Source: an uncultured bacterium
Lineage (GTDB): Bacteria; Bacteroidota; Bacteroidia; Chitinophagales; CAIODY01
NCBI GenBank assembly: GCA_903857255.1
Contig: CAIODY010000115.1
Location: forward strand, 10,068 to 74,067
Length of the DNA stretch: 64,000 nucleotides
Direction of reading: 5' to 3'
The translations under genes were made by a program, and so were the position numbers. Below, one piece after another: positions 56,743 through 64,000 of the stretch; positions within the stretch are counted from its first letter, which is position 1; the number at the start of each line of letters is the position of its first letter. The notes beneath the pieces were generated by a model that saw only the letters and a program-made list of their open reading frames with translations, had not been told where the DNA came from and ran no database searches.

Positions 56743-57828
56743 TCAATTGAATTTCACTTCCACCACACAATTCATTCCTGGGCTCAAACGATATTTTTCT
56801 TTATCGAAATTTTTCAATAAAATTTTCACTGGAATTCTTTGCACCACTTTTACAAAATTTCCAGTTGCATTATCCGTTGGCATCAATGAAAACTTGCTAC
56901 CAGCGCCATCTTGAACGCTTTGCACTTCGCCTTCCAATTTCAAATCATCAAACGCATCCACTTCAATATTTGCCGCCATTCCGCTTTTAAATAAAGCAGT
57001 TTGTGTCTCTTTAAAATTAGCAACCACCCAAATATTTTCGCCATCAACAATATACATCGTAGTTTGACCAATATTTACCAACTGCCCAACCTGTAAGGCT
57101 TTGCGACTTACAAAACCATTATATGGCGCAGTGATAACGGCATAACTCAAATTCAATTTTGCCATTTCCAGTTCCGATTTTTTTTGTTGCACCAACAATT
57201 CAATTGGCTTCATTTGGCTGCCCACACTATTTGCTTGCAAGCTCGATGCACTCGATTGATTTTTCGCAGTGTTCAATTGCATTTGCGCCACTTTCACCAT
57301 TTTATCAGCCGATTCTTTATCCGCCTTTGCATTGTCAAACTGCTGCTGGGTGGCACTTTTCAGCTCTAACAATTTTTCGTAGCGATTAAAATCTTGTGTC
57401 GCCTTCCACAATTTTATTTGTGCAGCATCCAAATTCGCTTGCGCTGTTGCAATCGCAGAATTAGAAACTGTTGCTGTTTCATCCGCTGCTTTTGTACTAA
57501 TGCCACTCACATGCAAATTGGCTTCAGCACTGGCTAAAGCAATTTCTGCTTGTTTTACTTTCAATTGCAAATCAGCTACATCCAGCATCGCCAGTGTATC
57601 GCCAGCTTTTACTGGTTGATTATCTTTTACAAAAACTTTTGCCACAAAACCTGAAACACGAAATGACATAGGCACCACATTCGTTTCCAATTGAGCATTA
57701 TCAGTGTTTTCGTAGTGCATCGAATAATTTACTTTCTTCACTACATAAAAAAGAATTGCCAGCACAACAACGCCTGCAACGATGGGCAATACAATGTTTT
57801 TCTTTTTTGGTGTTTCGTTATTTTCCAT
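56743..57828 (-). CDS. HlyD-family efflux adaptor (EmrA-like)
   Basis: N-terminal TM anchor, long coiled coil, C-terminal beta barrel. Confidence 0.8.
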   Translation of the reverse strand: MENNETPKKKNIVLPIVAGVVVLAILFYVVKKVNYSMHYENTDNAQLETNVVPMSFRVSGFVAKVFVKDNQPVKAGDTLAMLDVADLQLKVKQAEIALASAEANLHVSGISTKAADETATVSNSAIATAQANLDAAQIKLWKATQDFNRYEKLLELKSATQQQFDNAKADKESADKMVKVAQMQLNTAKNQSSASSLQANSVGSQMKPIELLVQQKKSELEMAKLNLSYAVITAPYNGFVSRKALQVGQLVNIGQTTMYIVDGENIWVVANFKETQTALFKSGMAANIEVDAFDDLKLEGEVQSVQDGAGSKFSLMPTDNATGNFVKVVQRIPVKILLKNFDKEKYRLSPGMNCVVEVKFN

Positions 57829-57870
57829 TTTTAATTATTGTTTTAGAATTGAATTTTGAGTGTTTAAAAT

Positions 57871-59184
57871 TTATTTTTCGATTGAACGCATGTACTTGTA
57901 ATAGGCCACCAGCGCATCACACTTGGCTTGCACCTGATTAATTTGCGATTGAATACTTTGTGCATCGGCATCAATTAAATCGCTGAACAAAGCTGTTTGA
58001 TTGTCAAATCGGTTCTTCATGATGCGTTCGTTTTCTTTGGCTTGTGTTGATGCTTGTTCAGTTAATTTCAATTTCTTTTTTTGCAACAAATAATTTTTCT
58101 GCATCGAAAAAACTTCCGATTTCAAACCATCATTTATTTGCTCCATCGCCAACTGACTCATCTTTAAAACACTTTTCGATTCACGGATAGAAGCCTTTGC
58201 TGTAAAGAGTTGTGTGATGTTCCAATTCAAAGTAATACCTGCATCCCAAACGCTATAAAATTTATCTTGCACTGGAAAAACGCGTTGATTTGGATCGGTA
58301 TAATAATAGTTGAAACCTGCTGTAATGATAGGATAATAAGCACTTTTAGCAATTTTCACCGAACTGCTCATAGCATCACTTCTCCATTTTGCAGCCAACC
58401 ATTCGCTTCGGTTGGTAGTTTGAAATGCCCCATCAGCTTGCACTTCGGGCATTGCGTTCACATCTTCATCCGTTAATTTCAATGTTGTATTTTCGGGTAA
58501 GCCCAATAAAATATCCAAGTTGTAATTAATAATGCTAATCGTATTTTCCACTTCCGATTTTGAAATTTCTAAATTCGATTTTAATAATTCAGCTTTCAAC
58601 ACATCATTATCTAAAGCCATTCCAACCGTTTCAAAATTTTTCACATCAGCAATTCGAGCATCTAAAATTTTCAAATTTTCATCCATCAATTTTTGCGATT
58701 CGATGGCTTTATATAAATTGAAATAATTGTTTGCCACCATCAAACGCAGGTCGGCAGCGTCTTTCGAGGCATCGGCTTTTGAAGCAGCTAATTCCGATTT
58801 AAACATCGAAGCATAATTATAGGTTTTGAAACCGGTAAAAATGGCTTCTTGAATGGATGCTTTATTATAGAATTGGTTTAACACTTGCGGATTTAACACA
58901 AATAATTGTCCGTTAAATGGCAATGAAAATGGCGTGATGTTGTCGCTGATTCGTGTATAATTGCCCAACACCGAAACCGTTGGTATCAAAGCATTGTACA
59001 ACTGATTGATGTGCGATTGGCTCACATCAGTTTTCAATTTTGAAATCTGTAAACTCGGGCTATGCTGCAAAGCCATATCCATAGCCTGTTTTAAAGTGAT
59101 AGATTGTTGTTGTGCTTTTGTGGAAACGGAAAAAAGTAAATTTCCCATCAACAAAAACAAAATTGTTTTTAGTTTTTTGTTCAT
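57871..59184 (-). CDS. TolC-family outer membrane efflux protein
   Basis: Start moved to MNKKLKTILFLLMGNLLFSVSTKAQQ (59184). TAATG 1-nt overlap with the tetR stop. Confidence 0.8.
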   Translation of the reverse strand: MNKKLKTILFLLMGNLLFSVSTKAQQQSITLKQAMDMALQHSPSLQISKLKTDVSQSHINQLYNALIPTVSVLGNYTRISDNITPFSLPFNGQLFVLNPQVLNQFYNKASIQEAIFTGFKTYNYASMFKSELAASKADASKDAADLRLMVANNYFNLYKAIESQKLMDENLKILDARIADVKNFETVGMALDNDVLKAELLKSNLEISKSEVENTISIINYNLDILLGLPENTTLKLTDEDVNAMPEVQADGAFQTTNRSEWLAAKWRSDAMSSSVKIAKSAYYPIITAGFNYYYTDPNQRVFPVQDKFYSVWDAGITLNWNITQLFTAKASIRESKSVLKMSQLAMEQINDGLKSEVFSMQKNYLLQKKKLKLTEQASTQAKENERIMKNRFDNQTALFSDLIDADAQSIQSQINQVQAKCDALVAYYKYMRSIEK

Positions 59185-59816
59185 TATTTGGTCAATTGAT
59201 TTTTGAGTAAATTTTTTAAGTGTTCTTTCATTCTTTCTTTGTAAACATCGTTCATACATTCTTCGGCGGTTGATGCGCCCACTAATTTGTAGCAAGTGTT
59301 ATTGCCATTCATGTACATCATTAATGTTCCGAAAACAGTCATTATCAATAGTTCTGTGTCGGTTTTGCGAAATATCTTTTTCTTCACACCATCATCTACA
59401 ATCGTTTTGATGACTGAAAAGTTATCCATCATTTTCCCTGAAACAAACTTTGATAAAGTTGCCCGTTTGTTGCTACTTATTTCTTTGAAAATAATTTGCA
59501 CCATGGCTTTGTTGGAGAAAAATCGTTCCACATAAACATCTACAATCGCATTTAGTTTTTCCCAACTCGAAATTTTTGGATTTGTTAAAATCGGATAATC
59601 AACTTTAAGATTGATTGTGTTTCTGTCCAAAATCTCTTTATACATATCTTCTTTCGACCCGAAGTAGTAAGAAATCATGGCTAAATTAACACCACATTCA
59701 TTGGCTAAAAGCCTTGTACTTACACCATCGTAGCCTTTTTGAGCAAATTGTTTTTTTGCACATTCTATAATCTGTTCACGTTTTTCTACGCCTTTATTTG
59801 ATGTAATTGTTGCCAT
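59184..59816 (-). CDS. TetR/AcrR family transcriptional regulator
   Basis: HTH GYDGVSTRLLANECGVNLAMISYYFGSKEDMY. Start moved to MATITSN (59816). Confidence 0.85.
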   Translation of the reverse strand: MATITSNKGVEKREQIIECAKKQFAQKGYDGVSTRLLANECGVNLAMISYYFGSKEDMYKEILDRNTINLKVDYPILTNPKISSWEKLNAIVDVYVERFFSNKAMVQIIFKEISSNKRATLSKFVSGKMMDNFSVIKTIVDDGVKKKIFRKTDTELLIMTVFGTLMMYMNGNNTCYKLVGASTAEECMNDVYKERMKEHLKNLLKNQLTK

Positions 59817-59844
59817 CGCTATTTCAAAATTTCGCCGCAAAGTT

Positions 59845-59880
59845 AAACGTTCGTTTAATTTAATCAAACGTTTGTTTAAT
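59845..59880. promoter_or_regulatory. Candidate TetR operator: two tandem sites AAACGTT(C/T)GTTTAAT spaced 21 bp apart
   Basis: The first site contains the inverted repeat AAACG-TT-CGTTT. Both sites lie 30-65 bp upstream of the tetR start. Confidence 0.4.
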
Positions 59881-59960
59881 TTTTTTGTGCAAAAGTATTT
59901 GTTGTGATAAAATGATGAAAATGAAATTAGGCGAATGGTAAAATGAAGTAGGTGAACTGA

Positions 59961-60596
59961 TTAGCTCAACATCATTTTTATTTTTTCGATAAAATCTAAA
60001 AATAAATCAGGCTTGAAAATGCCTGTAAAAACGAAACCATACAAAGCTCCCCAAAAATGTGCATCGTGGTTAATGCCGCTACCACTGCGGCGCCCCATAA
60101 AAAATTCGATAGCTAAATAAACCACACCAAATAAAATAGCTGGCATAGGAATTCCCATTACGCTCATCATAGATTGCGGTGCAATTAAAATTGTGGCATA
60201 CAATATTGCCGATACTGCTCCGCTTGCACCAATGCTGGCATAGCCATAATTATTTTTTTCTTTTAAAAATGTAACAATGTGTGAAACTGCTATGGCACTG
60301 ACATATAAAGCCAGAAACAATAAGTTGCCCCATTTTTCAAAATAAATTTTATAAACAAAATTCAAGTAACTACCGAATGAATAAAACACATACATGTTGA
60401 AAAACAGGTGCAAAAAATCGGCATGTAAAAAACCTGAAGTGATGAAACGATGCCACTCTTTTGGGTTTCGAGCAACTGCATACGGCACAAATTTATTCTT
60501 GTTGAAAAAATCGTGATTGCTAAAACCGATTAATGAGCAAATGATTGTTAAGCCCAAAATGCTGAAGAAATATGGTTTCTCTAAAAAAAAATCCAT
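59961..60596 (-). CDS. Rhomboid family intramembrane serine protease
   Basis: GASGAVSAILYA (GxSG) and downstream HDAHFWGALYG. Six TM helices. Confidence 0.8.
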   Translation of the reverse strand: MDFFLEKPYFFSILGLTIICSLIGFSNHDFFNKNKFVPYAVARNPKEWHRFITSGFLHADFLHLFFNMYVFYSFGSYLNFVYKIYFEKWGNLLFLALYVSAIAVSHIVTFLKEKNNYGYASIGASGAVSAILYATILIAPQSMMSVMGIPMPAILFGVVYLAIEFFMGRRSGSGINHDAHFWGALYGFVFTGIFKPDLFLDFIEKIKMMLS

Positions 60597-60600
60597 GAAT

Positions 60601-61692
60601 TTAATTGATTGGTTTTTGCCCTAATTGCTTCAATAATTTAAAATGCGAACAAATGGCGGAGCTGAAAGATGGAAAGGTACGATATTTTAATCCATGCTCT
60701 TCGGCAGTTTGCTGAACGATGGGCGCAATGTCGGCATAATGTGTATGGCAAATTCGAGGATATAAATGATGAATGACATGTACATTGATTGCACCTAAAA
60801 ACCAAGCTACCATTGGATTTGTTCGAGCAAAATCAACTGTTGATTCCACAATATGAATTGCCCAATTTTTATCAATATTGCCTTCGGCATTGAAAGGTGG
60901 GAAACTGGTTTCTTCAATTAAATGACCAGTTTGAAAAGTAAACGCCAATGTAATTCCCATTAAAGCATGACCCAAAACAAACACCCCAAAAATTGTCAGA
61001 AAAGAATATTGTGGTAATAAAATTGTCGGAAGAATTAAGGTGTAAGTGTAGTAAAATAATTTTGTAGCAATTAAGAATAACCACTCACCAGTAGTGGGTT
61101 TCATGCCATGTTGATTTTTGCGAAGATGAATAAAAATCAAAAAATCTTTAGTGAAAACATAATTTAAAGTGGCTACGGCATATAAAAATGGCGCATACAA
61201 ATGTTGATATTTATAAAGTGGTTTCCATTCGGCATTGGTAGTAAACCGAATGATGCCATGCCCTTGGCTGCTGGTATCTGCGCCTTCAATATTTACATAA
61301 CTATGATGTGCTGTGTTGTGTGAATATCGCCACAGATGAGAGTTTACGCCGCATAAATCTAACGAAATAGAAAGTAATCGGTTCACTTTTTTATTCTTGC
61401 TAATAGCATCGTGGTTGGCATCGTGAGCAATATTAAATGCTATAAATAGATGAGTGTAAAGATGTGCTACGGCAACTATAAAAAGTACCCAACTTGGCAT
61501 CCCTGAAAACATTACAAAAAGCCAAGTTGCTATCCACATTGCAATCCAAAAAATTACTTTGAACCACATTCGTCTATCAGCGAATTGATTTTGATTCTGT
61601 TGGGTAAAATAGTTATCTAATCTTTTTTTTAAATCTCGGTTGAATGCAGAATCATTATGACCTGTGAATTTTACTTTTTTTATGGTATCCAT
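60601..61692 (-). CDS. Membrane fatty acid desaturase
   Basis: Three His boxes: HDANHD, HNTAHH, HVIHHLYP. Confidence 0.8.
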   Translation of the reverse strand: MDTIKKVKFTGHNDSAFNRDLKKRLDNYFTQQNQNQFADRRMWFKVIFWIAMWIATWLFVMFSGMPSWVLFIVAVAHLYTHLFIAFNIAHDANHDAISKNKKVNRLLSISLDLCGVNSHLWRYSHNTAHHSYVNIEGADTSSQGHGIIRFTTNAEWKPLYKYQHLYAPFLYAVATLNYVFTKDFLIFIHLRKNQHGMKPTTGEWLFLIATKLFYYTYTLILPTILLPQYSFLTIFGVFVLGHALMGITLAFTFQTGHLIEETSFPPFNAEGNIDKNWAIHIVESTVDFARTNPMVAWFLGAINVHVIHHLYPRICHTHYADIAPIVQQTAEEHGLKYRTFPSFSSAICSHFKLLKQLGQKPIN

Positions 61693-61789
61693 CTAAAATT
61701 ATTCGCAATTAAGTTTTATTTATCGCAAATAAAATAAAAAATATCGGAATTACAATCAACTTCTTTGCAGCATTTTTTTGATTCGGAAT

Positions 61790-61834
61790 GAAATAAAAAA
61801 TGCAGGTTGGTCGCTTCCAGCCTGCATTTTGAGT
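61790..61834 (-). terminator. Intrinsic terminator after the 61854-62762 gene
   Basis: On the minus strand: ATGCAGGCTGG-AAGCGA-CCAACCTGCAT followed by TTTTTTATTT. Confidence 0.75.
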
Positions 61835-61853
61835 TGATAGGTTTGTTTTTAGA

Positions 61854-62762
61854 TTAATGAGCTATTTTAAAAGTTTTCTTTTTCTTTTTCGAGCCTGAAT
61901 TAGAAAGCACCGCTAAATAAGTTCCATGCTCGGCTTGCGGCAAATCCATCGGAATAATTTGCGAACTACCAGCCATGATTTCTACTTCTTCATTTGAAAT
62001 AATTAGCTTTCCGCTTTCATCAAAAACATCTAATTTATAAGTGCCGCCTGTACCTGCAATTGTTTTTACAAATAGTGCCGATTCTTCTTGATGTGCAATG
62101 ATATCAACCATTTCACCATCTGCATCGGCATTGATAGTCGTATTTGCTAAGCTGACAGATTGCTTGCTTAAATCTTCAAAAATTAAATTGAAAGTTGGTT
62201 TATCTATTACATCTGGCAGTGTAACGAAAGCAGTATAATTATTTTTTACACCAGCCTGTGGCAAAGCCTCGTAAACTGTTTGTAGCTTTCCTTTTGCATT
62301 CAAATAATTGATGGTAAAATGCCCATTTTTATTTTGTGTGGTCGATTGCCAAGTGAACAAATATTGCTTCTTCTCAACGCATGTAGCGGTGAAATTTTCA
62401 ATCACAATGCCTTTGTTGTCGGTTTTTAACGAACCAATTTCGGTTGCACCATCTAATGAAGCAATGGCAGTGGGAAATCTGTTGCTTGTTTTGCTCACAG
62501 TTCGCAAAAGCACTTTCAATGCCAATCCGTTGCTCGGGTAAAACGACATTTCATCCGTTTTCCGAAGTTGTTTGGTATCCAACTCCAGCAATTTGTTATC
62601 AACTAATTTGGTGTTTTTTTTATCGTGCTGATTGTCTTTGAAAGCAACAGAACCGCCGCCAAAGCTAAGCGACAGTTTATCAGTCGAAATTTTTGCTTCT
62701 GAATATTTCCCTAAAGAAATGAACGAAGCCAATAAGATAATTGGTTTGTAAAAGTGTTTCAT
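61854..62762 (-). CDS. Secreted protein of unknown function, probable T9SS C-terminal domain
   Basis: Signal peptide. C-terminal beta-sandwich-like YKLDVFDESGKLI...GTYLAVLSNSGSKKKKKTFKIAH. Confidence 0.45.
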   Translation of the reverse strand: MKHFYKPIILLASFISLGKYSEAKISTDKLSLSFGGGSVAFKDNQHDKKNTKLVDNKLLELDTKQLRKTDEMSFYPSNGLALKVLLRTVSKTSNRFPTAIASLDGATEIGSLKTDNKGIVIENFTATCVEKKQYLFTWQSTTQNKNGHFTINYLNAKGKLQTVYEALPQAGVKNNYTAFVTLPDVIDKPTFNLIFEDLSKQSVSLANTTINADADGEMVDIIAHQEESALFVKTIAGTGGTYKLDVFDESGKLIISNEEVEIMAGSSQIIPMDLPQAEHGTYLAVLSNSGSKKKKKTFKIAH

Positions 62763-62874
62763 TGTGTGTTTGTGTTTTCTTTTACAAATCTTATATCATT
62801 TTAGCCGAAAATTGCTAGGTGGTTTTACTTAAAAAATAAAGTGGAAAAATGTATAACGTAGTTATTACTACTTA

Positions 62875-64000
62875 TTAATTCACATTCACCAAACTCTCTT
62901 TTATAGCATTCATGCGGCTTTCAGCATCTGATTTTTTCTTTTGCTCAATTGCAATTACTTCTGGTTTTGCATTGGCAACAAATTTTTCGTTGCCCAATTT
63001 TGCGTTCACCGATTTTAAAAATCCTTCTAAATAAACCAATTCTTTTTGCAAATCATCTTGCTGCGATGCCCTATTGATGAGGTTTCCAGCATCTAAACTG
63101 AATTTGTTATTACCTAAAACAAAATTGATTCCGTTCGTTGGTTTTTCAATTGTGAAATTGATAGCCGATAAATTGCCCAACTTCAGCACCATTTTTTCAA
63201 TGGCTGCAAATGCTGATTTATCAAGCGTTTCGATATTTAATTTCAACGCATCTTTTGGTTTCAGTTGGTTTTTGTTTCTCAAATCTCTAATCGTTGAAAC
63301 TAATTCTTTCAACAAATTTCCTTGTTCTAAAACAAGGTTTGGCGAACCTTCGAGGTTCGCCAAACCTATGCTCACAAATTGTTTCATCATCAAATCATCG
63401 TTTCTTTCTTGCACAGCATGATAAAATTCTTCGGTGCAGAAAGGCATGAATGGATGCAACAATTGCATCAACGATTCAAAGAAATTTACCGTAGCATCAA
63501 AAGTTTTTTTGTCGATTGGTTTTGAAATTCCATCCACAAATTCGGGCTTAATCATTTCTAAATACCAAGCGCAAAAATCATCCCAAATCAAGCTGTATAA
63601 GGCTCTCATCGCTTCGCTTAATTTGTATTCTGCAATTAATTTGTGATAATCAGAAGAAACAGCATTGATTCTTTGTTGCATCCAATCTATTGCAAACTGA
63701 TTACTGAAAACTGACGACTGATTACTGTCTTCCACTTTCCAACCTTTAATCAATCTTAAAGCATTCCAAATTTTGTTAGCGAAATTTCTGCCTTGTTCGC
63801 AACTCGTTTCATCAAACAATAAATCATTGCCTGCAGGCGATGAAACCATAATGCTAAAGCGCACTGCATCAGCTCCGTATTTTTCAATCAATTCTAAAAG
63901 GTCAGGCGAATTGCCCAAACTCTTACTCATCTTTCTGCCTTGTTTATCGCGAACAATTCCTGTGAAATACACGTCATTAAAGGGTTTTGAGCCTTCGTAT
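62875..64000 (-). CDS. valS: Valine--tRNA ligase, C-terminal part (gene continues beyond the window end)
   Basis: KMSKSLGNSPD motif, anticodon-binding domain and C-terminal coiled coil. The frame is open to base 64000. Confidence 0.9.
   Translation of the reverse strand, partial: YEGSKPFNDVYFTGIVRDKQGRKMSKSLGNSPDLLELIEKYGADAVRFSIMVSSPAGNDLLFDETSCEQGRNFANKIWNALRLIKGWKVEDSNQSSVFSNQFAIDWMQQRINAVSSDYHKLIAEYKLSEAMRALYSLIWDDFCAWYLEMIKPEFVDGISKPIDKKTFDATVNFFESLMQLLHPFMPFCTEEFYHAVQERNDDLMMKQFVSIGLANLEGSPNLVLEQGNLLKELVSTIRDLRNKNQLKPKDALKLNIETLDKSAFAAIEKMVLKLGNLSAINFTIEKPTNGINFVLGNNKFSLDAGNLINRASQQDDLQKELVYLEGFLKSVNAKLGNEKFVANAKPEVIAIEQKKKSDAESRMNAIKESLVNVN
63335..63367. repeat. Perfect 15-bp-arm palindrome sharing the GTTTGGCGAAC core, located inside the valS coding sequence
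   Basis: AGGTTTGGCGAACCT-TCG-AGGTTCGCCAAACCT. It is read in frame as GLANLEGSPNL. Confidence 0.85.

Noticed and set aside
61871-61890. A-rich run encoding KKKKK near the C-terminus of the 61854-62762 protein, considered as a possible slippery or frameshift site
   Set aside because: The run is interrupted by G residues (GAAAAAGAAAAAGAAAA), and there is no alternative-frame ORF of meaningful length downstream.
1-64000. Search for tRNA, rRNA, tmRNA, CRISPR arrays, integrases, transposases and phage genes
   Set aside because: I found no cloverleaf-like GGTTCGAATCC-type T-arm in any intergenic gap. No gap is large enough for an rRNA gene. There is no repeat-spacer array. No ORF carries recombinase or phage hallmark motifs.

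Overview
The window looks like chromosomal DNA from an AT-rich member of the Bacteroidota. Supporting evidence: several secreted proteins end in T9SS-type C-terminal sorting domains; there is an ssb plus GldE-like gene pair and a TSP3-repeat OmpA protein; genes are tightly packed with little Shine-Dalgarno signal. I call about 54 protein genes. I found no rRNA, tRNA, CRISPR array, integrase or transposase.

Gene content from left to right:
- A czcCBA-type heavy-metal RND efflux operon. Its permease is cut by the window start and is missing from the ORF track.
- A small accessory islet holding a YoeB toxin-antitoxin cassette, a penicillin/AHL-type Ntn acylase, an exported protein, and a short AbiEii nucleotidyltransferase with a small overlapping partner.
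- A T9SS subtilase.
- An isoaspartyl peptidase and a NUDIX hydrolase.
- An isolated rplK-rplA-rplJ-rplL block.
- A POT peptide transporter, a TSP3/OmpA protein, and a beta-barrel gene with one in-frame TGA.
- lysC and ffh.
- A lone AAA ATPase bracketed by related palindromes.
- An O-antigen/capsule-type polysaccharide locus of about 10 kb.
- acs, an M1 peptidase, a polyprenyl synthase, folC, a GldE-like gene and ssb.
- An ECF sigma operon whose putative anti-sigma factor carries five PENYF repeats.
- A lone transketolase C-terminal subunit.
- A TetR-controlled EmrAB/TolC-type efflux operon.
- A rhomboid protease, a fatty acid desaturase, and the 3' part of valS.

Most noteworthy observations:
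1. The YoeB cassette is bounded by 68-bp direct repeats that each contain a 33-nt palindrome. The distal repeat carries a ghost copy of the acylase stop region.
2. The same GTTTGGCGAAC palindrome family is dispersed through the window, including a perfect in-frame copy inside valS.
3. The AbiEii gene has a non-canonical 86-aa partner.
4. A single in-frame TGA splits an outer-membrane barrel gene.
5. The ATPase gene is flanked by palindromes.

All functional calls come from reading motifs in the supplied translations. No database search was possible.
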